A stretch of 61,984 nt of DNA, the filler included, from Choristocarpus tenellus KU-1152 (Eukaryota > Protista > Phaeophyceae): NCBI GenBank assembly GCA_964200185.2. It is 11 parts of 11 records of this genome, joined end to end, with 100 filler letters (N's around TTAATTAATTAA, not from the genome) between each part and the next. Parts side by side here need not be neighbours in the genome. Positions count along the whole stretch, not along the records: positions 49,820 to 52,489 come from CAXNAD020025787.1; positions 52,590 to 56,478 come from CAXNAD020017342.1; positions 56,579 to 61,984 come from CAXNAD020010886.1; 8 more parts are not named here. One strand, 5' to 3'. Below, piece by piece: positions 51,126-61,984 of the stretch. The notes beneath the pieces were generated by a model. It was not told where the DNA came from and made no database searches. It was given only the letters and a program-made list of their open reading frames with translations. Position numbers and translations under genes: made by a program. Numbering within the stretch: position 1 is the first letter of the stretch; each line of letters begins with the position of its first letter.

Positions 51126-52486
51126 GACTGGTGGAACTGTATCGTATCAAGGAACAAACAGATGAGTAGCCTATGTTTTAACAGAAACAGTATGAGTATG
51201 ATGAAACCGCACTTGAGAGGGCTTGGTAGCTCCTTTTTGTGGTGTACAATCAAGTACTTAGATACAAAGGGGGAATGACTTCAGTGTGGAGCACACATGG
51301 GTAAGGAAGAGGCAGTTGTCTGGGGAGCTTGAAAACACGCCGAAGGTGGACATGGAGGCATATTCTGTGGTTGATAAAATTGTGATGAATGGGGAGTAAT
51401 ATAAAAAAAAGAGCTGAACCTAACCAGAAATTCGTCAAGGATTCCAAATCTTCTTTCAGAAATTAATTTCGTCATCTTCAAAAGTTATGGAAAACGTGGT
51501 ACAGATTTATGGCACGGAAGTAGTACATCCGAAAACCCTTGCTTTATTCTAAGTTCCAAGCTGTAACTACATCAAACCGGACTTCCCCCAGTTGGGAGTT
51601 CCGTGCGCACGTTCACTGCTTGCACTGGTTAGAGCGTAAAAAGAAATACTTGCGCTATTCGCCTATATCACCTATACCCAGTTCCTCATTACTACTTCCT
51701 GCCCCAGTTGCACCCAACCCTTGCTACTATCCACCAACTCCATCGACAACTAACCTGCGTCCCACTAGTTGGCCCAAATATATACCATAAAGACCTCAAG
51801 CCTCCACCTCTCCTTGCACTTAGCTCCTACCCACTAAATCTTGCCCCAGTCCTACCAAGTCCACCCTACCTACAGCCAACCTCATTAAACCTACACTGGG
51901 TCCCTCTAATCTTTCTGAACGTACACTACAAAAATCCTGGACCTCCATCTCCCTTTCCTCTGTATGTGGGATATTGTCCGCCCATCTTAGACATTATCAT
52001 TGTCCGTCACCTATCCTATTAGAATGTAAGGTGTGTCGCGTAACTAGTGTCATACTTTTGTGTGCTGATACAAGCATATATAACACAGATTCAGGTACGT
52101 TTATCTATAGTTCAGTAGAATAAAAAGTACCGATAATGGATGCCTAGGTAGAGAGGGCAGGGCAGGAGGCTACAGCAGGAAAGGTGCTGTCAAATCCGAG
52201 TCAAATTATGTTAGAGGGTAGGGCCGTGTCCGTTTGGGGGCTAAAATCCAGTGTTGCGATTTTGATGTAACTTTGACTATCGTTTTTGTTAGGAAGTGTC
52301 AATATCCTTGTGTCAGACACACCTTTTCATAACGTAAATATTTTACTGGAAGGGTCAATATACTTATTCCAGACACACCTTTTCATAACATAAACATTTT
52401 ACCTACTTCGAGCTGGGAAGGTAAAATGTGTTAAAACATAGGCTACTCACCTTTTTGTTCCTTGATACGATACAGTTCCACCAGTC
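51126..52486. repeat. 57-bp inverted repeat pair (51126-51182 / 52430-52486)
   Basis: GACTGGTGGAACTGTATCGTATCAAGGAACAAA.AG.TGAGTAGCCTATGTTTTAAC, two mismatches. Confidence 0.85.
52198..52410 (+). mobile_element. Truncated MITE family A copy with an internal ~50-bp tandem duplication
   Basis: Left TIR GAGTCAAATTATGTTAGAGGGTA. The block TCAATAT..CAGACACACCTTTTCATAAC occurs twice. Confidence 0.85.
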
Positions 52487-53696
52487 AACNNNNNNNNNNN
52501 NNNNNNNNNNNNNNNNNNNNNNNNNNNNNNNNNTTAATTAATTAANNNNNNNNNNNNNNNNNNNNNNNNNNNNNNNNNNNNNNNNNNNNGGGGGGGGGGA
52601 TGAGAATCCAGGTCATCAGGCAGTGGAGGGTAACAATACGTCATAAGTAAGAGCTTGGAGGACAGTGTATATGCTTGCTTCTTCTAATTGCTGTGGATTG
52701 AGTGTTTCCCAGTATGTTGTTTCCTACCCACTCCCTTCTTTCTGTGATTGTTCAATTGAGGTGTATTTTGGAGTAGATGTTGCAAAGGGATCACCAGATA
52801 ATCATTGTTTTTCAATGATATAATAATATTTATAATTCATGCTTGTCTATGAAAGAGGGAGCATTTTAGTTTTTTTTGTGGTCTTAGGGGGGAGGGGGTT
52901 CAAGGATCTACACCATACTTTCGTATTTTATTTTTGTTACACTCTGTACCTGACATTCTATGCATGCATGTATTATTAATACTAGGAGTGGTACTTCCCT
53001 ACTAATCGATCTGCAGCCAAATTTGAAACACTACTATGCTTCAGAGTATATTACTACCACTTTTGTATGCTTCATTATACAATCAAAATGGCAAGTTATT
53101 TTTTTTACCGAGTCAGACACCTTGCAGCTACATCTAGTATGTGTATGTATGTATGTATGTATGTATGTATGTGTTTTTGTGTTTTTGTTGCTAGCCTTCA
53201 ATCCCACACTATTAGAATAGTCACCTCTTTCTTGTCCAATTATTTAGAAAAGAAACATCTCACTCAACAGAGGTGTTGCCAGGAGTTCAACCAACTACCC
53301 TGATTTTCCAAGACAAATCAACACATACATACATATATACATACATCTGTGGAAAACAGGTTTGGTTTTGTACCATTGATGCCATACACCGTTATACCGA
53401 TTGAGGTTCCCTGTCAGGAATCCCTGATTCCAGTGAAGTACCTACTGTGAGAATGAATCCATGGAATCCCTTCAAGAGACCAGTTCTACAGACATGGGAC
53501 CGGTCTTCATTCAGAGTTGTCAAACATGAAAGATTCGCTTTGTTCTCACTTCTTCACATTTCTGATTATCCTCTCACACAAGATCCTCAGTCAATCAGTC
53601 TCCACAGTTTTGCAAGTAGTCTTGTGCTTGTCCTAACCCTAACCTTAACCTCCTCCTCTCGGTCACGGTTCTTCTTAGTCCGTCTTGCCCGCTGAT

Positions 53697-53900
53697 TCTC
53701 TTCACCGTCCTTGCCTGAGTGAACCATGCCACCACAGTTATCACACAGTTCATATTGTCGATACCAGTGAGATTCGAACTCAAGCATGCTAAGTTTGTGT
53801 GGTTCGCACATGTGAGTTCGAATCTCACCAGTGTTGCCGATTTTTGTTTTTTGTGATTTTTGTGGCGGCGTGGTTCACTCAGTCAAGGGTGGTGAAGAGA
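53697..53900. repeat. Palindrome made of two inverted tRNA-Ser-derived (SINE-like) segments
   Basis: Arms 53697-53782 and 53813-53900. The plus strand reads GCT-AA, long variable arm GTGTG-GTTCG-CACAT, T-arm/B-box GTGAGTTCGAATCTCAC, then a T-rich tract. Confidence 0.7.
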
Positions 53901-56900
53901 CCGTATCGCTGGGCACATCATCACCTGCGTGCTAATCGTGACATGGTGTAATACATACATACAGGAAAGTGTTACGATAGGACACTTTTCCGCATCATTA
54001 TGATCAATTTCTTCCCATCTAATGAAGGAGATTGCGTCGAACATCAATCACTTATGTTTTCTCCACCTCGAAGTGGAAGTTTGTGAAGTAATTTGAGTTT
54101 TGCGAGTGGGAGAACTTTGGGAGATATGACGCACGGGGAGGGGAGTCTTGATTAGGGCAAAAATAAAATATTGACAGTGTGGACAAAGGGTTCAAGATAG
54201 GGTGGTAGGTGGAAGCATGAGGTAGGAAGGGATGGATCAGAAAACTATGAAAAAAACCTGATGTTGGTGGGACAGGACAAGCAGGACTAGAACAAGGCAA
54301 CCTCCTAGAAATCTTTCCCAACTGACCACCCTTTCGATTGCTCATGACCGACTGGGATGCTTGGGAACAGGGGTAGGAGGTCTAGTTCGGGCGCGGGCTA
54401 GATGTCTTGTAGTTCAAATGCACAGTACTGAAGTAGATGAAGGGGCTGAGTGGAAAGTGTTAGGGATGTAGTGGAAAGTGGTGTGGAGGAAGGATATATT
54501 CGTGGAAATTGACTGCATTTGGTCGGTGACTGGAAATCAGTGACAAAGACTGGTCACACTGGTTGGTCATTGGATACGGCTGGTGACTGGAAATCAGTGA
54601 CGGAGGTGGTTGCACTTGTTAATCACCAGTGGTGTTACGATGGGGGAGGAGTAGAATGGGTGGAATGCTAACAAAGGAATAATTAGAAATCATTCTGGAA
54701 TTCGTGAGCAAGCAAAGTAACATATTTATTGGTGTGAGTCTGTGTGTATACAGCTGTTTTTTTGTATCACATAGACGATGCTGTACAAGTAGCACTACCC
54801 CTTTCCCAAGATATTCACATGTAGACAAGGACATGAGGAGCATTCTATCCGAAGAGGGGTTCTTAATTGGTTCTGGCATTTCTTCTCAACGAAGACACGA
54901 AGATCACAATTGCATTCATTTGCCTGTTAACAACAATCCTGCCAGTACCAACAGTAATCAGTGTAACTACTGTTGTAGATGATATTGAATGAAGCACAAT
55001 ACAGCACAAAAAAAAGCATCCCAACATATTGGCATGCCCATTCCAAATGCCATCCGTGCATGCATGGTAAGCCCCATTGTTGCTGCCAAGGTGCGACCGC
55101 GAGGCATGTACAGATTGTAGCATTTTGTTTGATGGTGTCCGTAGGTGGTTGGAAGTTATGTTTGTAACCAAATGCAAAGGTGCTGACTGTGGGAAGCCCG
55201 GAGTCTAACACGACACCTCCCCACCCAGCCCATGCCCTTTCAGCTGGAATTCATTCGGACCAAAAGATGCCTGAACCAGCAAGCACAAAATGGCAGGCAA
55301 TCAGAATCATTATTGGGTACATACGTTTATGCAACCCCTCAAACCGCATTTTCTCAAGACTTAAGCCATGTCACTGGAACTGAACAACCATCTCACTCTC
55401 AAAAAATATTATTGTTTTTTGTACCGGAGGGGACTCATGTTAAGACATAACTTGTTTTCAACTCCTCTCGTCACTCCATGCAAAAAAATACATCTTCTAG
55501 AAATTTAAAAAAAAACGTGCGTACTAGATAAACACACTAAAGAACAATAGAAAGAAAACAGGTCTAAGGTTCTACTTTTGAAAAAGCACAAACTTTGAGG
55601 AATGAGCTAAAATTTTCAAAAAATCAAGAATTCACAACAAAGGTGCAACAACGCTTGTCAAGATCGTGCTATAAATTCGTGTGGAAAAAAACGCTTAAGG
55701 AAACAATCAGATTGGATAGTGGGATAATCGATAGTAATCTCTCTGTTGAATGACCAAGAGAATATTATCCGGATTATTACAGAACCATAAGAAGAATTCT
55801 AGAAAAGGAATGTTGATGCATTAGTGATCAGGGATGAGTGAAAGGTCTACCAACCTCCCGCTTGGTTTTGCTCACTCCAACTTTCTACCTACAACATAAC
55901 TGAGAAAGACTAATCTATATGTTTCAATATCAAGACTTGGGATCCTGCACACTATTAATAAACTAAATCTCTTAGAGTGCGAGAGCATATCGAATCAATA
56001 TACCCACATAAACTATCTCAAAACATAACGTCTATGAGAAGTAAGCTAACAAAATAAAGGAAAAGGGCACATGCAATTAAAAACGTAAATCAACGAAGAA
56101 TCCATGCAAGGGATCAACCAGAAAGTTCTTAATATACATGTATTCTTGACTGACCGCTTGCCAACATCCCAGATCCATGTCCATACATGAATACTCCCTG
56201 TGGGAATGATGCCAACAATGTAACATCCAGTTTCACCTTACACCTTCCCTTCATGCACACAAAGGCCATTACATAACCACGATGACCCTTTTTTTCTTCC
56301 TCATTACGCCACTCCTTTCTGCCTCTAACTCATCTCTCTTGTTCTGTTGTCTACAACCTAACACGAGTTACTCATCATCATCACCATCATCATCACCATC
56401 ATCGTCAGGGGAAGGAGTTGAAGATGGGGCGATAGGTATCTCTAGAGGAGGGAGCGGACCTCCATCTCTTGGGTTCAGNNNNNNNNNNNNNNNNNNNNNN
56501 NNNNNNNNNNNNNNNNNNNNNNTTAATTAATTAANNNNNNNNNNNNNNNNNNNNNNNNNNNNNNNNNNNNNNNNNNNNGGGGTTGTGGTGCCTGCGGTGG
56601 CTCAAATTTCCGGGGGGGGGGGGGGTGGTGGCTATCCATTCGGGGCCCAATTTCCCATGTCGCGATTTTTCGCTTATTTGGTTCCAGCTCTCGGATAGAT
56701 AATGTACGTGCACTTCTCCTAGTCAGGCTCCGAATGTACACCCTCATGTAGACCCTCCCCCTTCCCAGATACTTCGAGCCAGTACTTCTCGGGATGGAGT
56801 ACACTCAGTAGTTTCCATGTGTCAAAAGTCTCCAGGGTGGGAAGGAACAGGATAGCATAATCGCTAGGGGGGGGGGGGGGGAAGGAGGGAGGTAATAACA

Positions 56901-57328
56901 GTCGAATGTGTGGGATTCTTGGAAAGATACTTCCAGGTTCAAAAGTAGCAAGTGACAATCTACGACGAAGTTTTTAAGTAGTGCCTCTCCCTCGTAACCT
57001 GCAGTCAAGTTTCAAGTCAAACACATGAAAAATGGTTGACCAGGATACAGAAGGCAGAAGTCTTGAAACCATTGATATCTGCTGATGTATTAACAACCAA
57101 ATACGATAAGGGGCATCACAAACGGAAGGGGTGTGCTTCAAATACATTGTTATCATAACCGTCCACTCATCATAGGTTGGCGTTCTTCTTTACAGCATAT
57201 ATAAATGTTTGGTGTATGGCGTACCACTAAGGATATTTGACTACTTTCGCTATTAATACTGTACTCGCTGATGATGATCTGCCTGTTAGTGAAAAAATGA
57301 TCCTATTTGAGATAGTGGTGATAATACA

Positions 57329-57486
57329 GCACCAGAGTATTTGAGAATAATCCAGATTTTGTCCGTTTTGCATTTTAAGCCAGTTTTTTCGATCTTTGGC
57401 AATTCACCCATATTTTTATGGTGAAAGTGCTAAGTTTGAATTGGGACTGTTGATTTCTCTACAGTTTGAAAAAATTGGACAAAATT
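57329..57486 (-). mobile_element. Partial MITE family C copy, cut by the element starting at 57487
   Basis: TTTTGTCCGTT..GCATTTTAAGCCAGTTTTTTCGA matches the reverse complement of the C right half. Confidence 0.75.
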
Positions 57487-57826
57487 GGGTCAAACTACCT
57501 TTGGGGGGGATGCCGGTGTCCATTTTTGACCCTTTTTTCGATTTTCACTTTTAGGTGTGTTTTGGTTGCACATGTTGGATTTGAAATGTGGGCAAAAAAA
57601 AGGAGACTGTTGGTCAGGTTCCCTTCTATCCTTGCATACGCACGAGGAATGGGAATATATGCACCATTTATTTGGGATTGGTTAGGAGGTTTGACGTTTG
57701 CATGTGTTGGATTTCGAATGTCTTCAAAAAGGCTTATTGGTTGGTTTATGTTGGTGGTATAGTTAGGATGAAGAATGAGAGATATGCCACTGGTCGTTTC
57801 AGGGTTAGTTATTGGTTTGTTTGATT

Positions 57827-58140
57827 GCATGAGTGGGATTTGGTTAGCACATAAAGAGGGCTGTCGGTTAGGGTGTGTTGTCCCAGTGTTAGCACAAGGA
57901 ATTGAAAAAATATTCCATGGACTGTTTGGAGGTTAGCTTTTTCGTTTACTAGCTTGCATGAGTTGTGTCTGGTATGTAGACAAAGAGGACTGTCAGTTAG
58001 GGTCTGTTGTCCCGGTGTGTGTGTACAAGGAACTAAAAAAATATTCCATGCACTGTTTTAAATTTAGTATTTCGTTTATTTGCTCGCATGTGTCGGATTT
58101 AGTATATACACAGATGGGGTTGTCGGTCAGGGTGTTAAGG
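57827..58140 (+). repeat. ~130-bp tandem repeat (~2.4 units), probably subterminal
   Basis: GCATG...CTGTC.GTTAGGGT.TGTTGTCCC.GTGT...CAAGGAA.T.AAAAAATATTCCATG.ACTGTTT recurs at ~57827 and ~57956, partially at ~58087. Confidence 0.8.
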
Positions 58141-58869
58141 TTAGAGTTGTTGGCATCTAGAAAGTGGAAAGGGTCAGGTTTTGCTTTCTGGTTCGTGTAG
58201 TGTTTCTTTCATATCATGTGTCAACGGATTCTGGATGTGTTCACAAAGGGCTATTGGCCAAGGTCTATTGTCGTATGTTTCACTGGAAGTATTTGAAGAT
58301 ATACTTCCCTTGATTCAGGGTTAGCGTTAGTGGGTTGAATAAATCTTGATGAGCTAGGGTTGGTTTGGCGTAGGTAGGGTTGATGACGGCACTGGTACGT
58401 AATTCAGGTAAGACGCTTGTCTATTTTTGGTTGCCATGGGATGCAGATGGGCTCAGTGTAAGTGTTAGGGTAAGGTTATGGTTAGTGTCAGTATGCAGGG
58501 GTGGCGATCCAGGCCATTCATTGAGTTCATGGCATGTGTTTAGGGTAGGCACAGGATTGGTGTTGTGCTCGAGAGCATTGGGCGTGGACTTTTGTTCCTT
58601 TAAGATTTGAAGAAGGATGAGGTCGGCCCTTGTTTGTCGACACTTGGACAAATCATGAGATGGTCCATAGAGTATTGAGAAGTAGGGGGGAGCTGGGTAG
58701 TAGGGTTCAGGGAATAATTAGCGGCTGGTAAGAAGACAACGTATCCATCGCAGGCCTTGGCGAATTGATTGGAACTTAGTGGGAAAGATAGAGAAGAGTT
58801 GTTTATAAAACGTTTTATATTTTAGTAGTCTGAACCTTGGACTGGACACGTTCTGTTAAACAAACTCAA

Positions 58870-60162
58870 CCTGTACTTCAACAAAAAACTGAAACGACTG
58901 AAGCCCTATTTCAATTGGTGAGTGGAGATGAAATAGCATTCCTCACCCTTCTCCCACCACTCTACAAGCTTCGGGTGTGCCTCGGTTAGAAGGTGCCAGA
59001 GATTTAGGTGCGTGGAGTACCTGTTGTTCCACGGTTCGGGCTTCACGAGGCTCATGAAGATGGCCTTCCTTTCATGGAGTGCTTCCACATACTCAGGATG
59101 CAACATGTTGCTAGGCTTCCCTCCTCGACCGTGGAGTTTTAGCTGTGTGGGCTCATGGACGTAGCAGTCATCCCCGAATAAAAGTTTTTGGGCCGCTCTG
59201 CTGACCTTTAGGAGTCTGAACCCATGGTCATATATGACCTGGGTAAGGATTTGGGTTTGAGCTCGGTACTGCAACGAAGTGGGTTTTGTTGCCGACCATA
59301 GGAGCTCGGTAACACATGACTCCATGAAGGCTTTGGTGATCCCCGCAACAGATGCATCGCAGGAGTCGACCGCTTCCTGTGTCATGACGTCGTCATCACA
59401 TGCGCGGACGTTTCGTCACCATCCTCATGCCTCGTAGTAGATGGCGCTGCATTTTCCGCGTCTCCGCCCTTTCTGGCAGAAGCGAAAACGTCTACAAAAA
59501 AGCTAAGTTCTAAATTGTTTGAACGGTCTGATCCGTCCCGCACCTTCTCCCAACCTCTTCTTCCTAATGACCGTTGTTTTGGCCTTCCCTTTAACTTTTG
59601 TGGAAGGCTTGTCCCTATGTGAGGAACCTGATGATGTCATATCAACCCTTGGTGTCGTTGACTCGGCATGGGCGTAGTTCACGCTTCGCTCCACAGTATC
59701 ATCATTTCTGTTCCCTCTACCTGTTGGGTCAGGATTGACAGACTCGTCACTGCTGCTGCCCACCGCATGGACGTCTGGGGACATTCTGGGGCCACTCCTG
59801 ACAGGCATGGACTCTGAGTCTGTACCTAGTCACCCCCCCACATCCTCCTGGACATCTTCCTCTGGACATGACAAAGCGCTACAATCAGACCGGTCCCCAT
59901 CGCCTTCAGAGTCGTGTTCCAAGGGAGTGGTTGAATGCCTTCCCCCATGGAGCGTCCCACTTCCCACACCTACTGTAGGGTTAGACAATGGCGTCTCCTG
60001 TTCCTCTTCATCACCTAGTGGGTCGGGTCCTCCACAAGATATAGGCATGGATACACCACCAGCTATCGTGTCTTCGCCAGCACAAAATGATAGAAGTTGG
60101 AGAGCTTGTCGATGAGGAGTTGGATACGATCCGGATAGTGGTTGTCCCCGAGGGCGGTGCAT
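58870..60162 (-). pseudogene. Decayed ~430-codon ORF, possibly the N-terminal region of a Sola2-like transposase
   Basis: Track ORFs 59830-60162, 59503-59808 and 58906-59385 share one frame, separated by TGA/TAG stops. The distal part reads QILT..VSRAAQKL..NLWHLLTEAHPK..K*GFSRF. Confidence 0.45.
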
Positions 60163-60632
60163 GTGATTACAACGCCTCCTGGTCAGGTCTGGGGAAGGGC
60201 GACTGCTGTCTCGTGGGCGGTGCTCGTTTCAGACTTGAACTTGTCAAGGTCGTGCTCGGACGTAGCGTTTTTCTCTGGCGTAATCACAATGCTTGTGACT
60301 CGCGTTATCTCTATAATGGTGGACGAGTAGGCAAAGGACAAGGGGAAGTAGGAGGGAAAGGATGAAGCAGAGATTGGTGAAAAGAAGTAAGTGAAGGAGG
60401 ATATAGAGGAGGAGGCAAAGGCTAAGGAAAATATGGAAGGAAAGGAGTACATGCAGTTTGAGATACTTGGGCGGATTCTTTGAGCCCATAAATCAGGAAG
60501 ACAAGTAAGGAATGTAACATAGGGTTAAGAGGATGCGTATAGGACTGTAGGACATGAACCGCGACATAATTTCCTGGTCTGTGCTAGGTTGTGTCAATCG
60601 ACACAACACAGTGAAACTATTAATAAATCTGT

Positions 60633-61795
60633 TCAAAGAGCATCTTCGGAACATACAAAACTCGAGAACCCTGCGTCAGTGTACAGTGTGAAACTGTCCA
60701 ACGTCGGCAAGATCTGTGAGAGTTGAGGTGGTGTGTTTAGGGTAGGGAAAGATGTGTGATGTTCATGTATGGCGATGTTGTACAATGATGTAATCTCTTG
60801 CTTGTGTGTTCGCCATTGGTGTTCAGGGTAATGCCCTCTGAGTATTTGACGATGTCCAGAAAGACCGTACCCTCCTGCACATCCTCCCACAACACGAGGT
60901 CCCTTTTCACCTCTCGATTTTATGGGATAAAATTAATGTGCACGATCAGAGCGTTTATTGTGAAGTGATTTGTTACAAACTCAAATACGGTGGACAGATG
61001 AGAGGATGAATCTGACACTCCCTTGGGTACCTCTTCGGTCAGGATGTATGGTTTCTTTGGGGCAGGCTCTTCTGAAGACGCGGCTGAGGAGTCATCGGCA
61101 CAGGGGTCGATCCCGAGCTTGTCTTTCCTCTTGAGGTCGTTCATGACCTGCACAGCGACCTCCTGGAGAGCTCTTTTGATGCGGACATCCTTGGTGTGCA
61201 TTCTCCTCAATTATGCCCTTTTGATTTTCCACAGTTGCAATGCCCATTCTTCCACGGCCTGGGTGGCAGACGCAGGCTCTGGATCGCCATCCCCTGGTCT
61301 GTTCTTCTTCCCCCTTCCTCATGTCCTCTTCTTTTTTCCTTGGTCGGGGTCGGCTGGGGTCGTTTGTTCCGGACGACCCTTAGAGTGGTCGAGAACTGTC
61401 ATCGAGGAGCGCATGGATAGTGGAATGGTAAATCACCTGTATGACATGGGTGTCTGCCTCACGAAGCACAAACTTGACAGTAAATATTGCAGCTGTTACA
61501 GGGTCAGCAGGGGGTATATGCACATACATGTATACATTGGATGAATCGTCACAGTCAAACCTTGACTTACCCATTCCTCTGGAAGCGTCTCCGTCCTGAC
61601 AACATAACGATGATGAGAGCGCGTCAGTAGGTAGTTTTTTGACTGCCTGCTCTGAGAAGACATGAGCAGCCACTTCCACAATGTCGCGCCAGCAATGGCC
61701 TTGGGGGGTCTCCCTCTGAGGATGGATTGTCCGACTCTAGTGAGGATATCAGTGCGCATTCTTGCGAAGTGCTGCTCCTTGATCTCGTCTGTGAG
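60633..61795 (-). pseudogene. Intron-containing decayed gene of unknown function (probably transposon-borne)
   Basis: Exon LTDEIKEQHFARMR...TLPEEW|GTAAG joins in phase 0 to CAG|LQYLLSS...PYILTEE, which carries three in-frame stops (TGA, TGA, TAA). Confidence 0.5.
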
Positions 61796-61984
61796 CTACA
61801 TGTATAGGTGGGCAATCATGTTCCGTTAGGAACCCAGGAAAGAATGTGCTTTAAGAACGTGAAGGATTTAGGGTTAAGGCTCAAGGTATCTGGGGGGGGT
61901 AGCGGCTGTCCATTTGGGGCCGATTTTTTCATGTCGCGATTTTTGGGTGATTTGGTTCGATACGTTGGATGGATAGTGAAAGTG

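Noticed and set aside
53785-53840. Functional tRNA-Ser gene
   Set aside because: The 5' acceptor strand and D-arm are missing, replaced by the inverted copy.
61023-61544. 173-aa plus-strand ORF (likewise 7804-8250 minus and 49342-49710 minus)
   Set aside because: Antisense shadows of better-supported frames on the opposite strand.

Overview
Eukaryotic, intron-containing, repeat-rich DNA, most likely from a brown alga. This taxon is inferred from an Ectocarpus-type LRR N-cap exon, a stramenopile-type PAS domain, an RTE LINE motif and TTAGGG motifs. The window is not contiguous: 11 short contigs are joined by artificial N-TTAATTAATTAA-N linkers (8901-9000, 12441-12540, 17868-17967, 26986-27085, 38750-38849, 41479-41578, 44279-44378, 49720-49819, 52490-52589, 56479-56578), so adjacency across linkers means nothing. 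Host genes supported by splice-phase-consistent exons are the 5' part of an MFS sugar porter (with a GC-AG intron), an LRR N-cap exon, a small 3-exon single-pass membrane protein, the 3' part of a RITMO1/bHLH-PAS-like PAS protein, and an unknown gene. Most of the rest is decayed transposons: a mini Tc1, plant/oomycete-type mariner copies, and CRE-like and RTE-like LINE fragments. The most distinctive signal is a swarm of four related ~180-270 bp MITE families with G(A/G)G-type termini, alongside decayed, intron-containing Sola2-like transposase pieces. Their target-site duplications are 4 bp, but appear as 3 bp whenever the fourth target base is G. No CRISPR array or prokaryotic system is present. 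All family assignments come from motif recognition by eye, not database searches.
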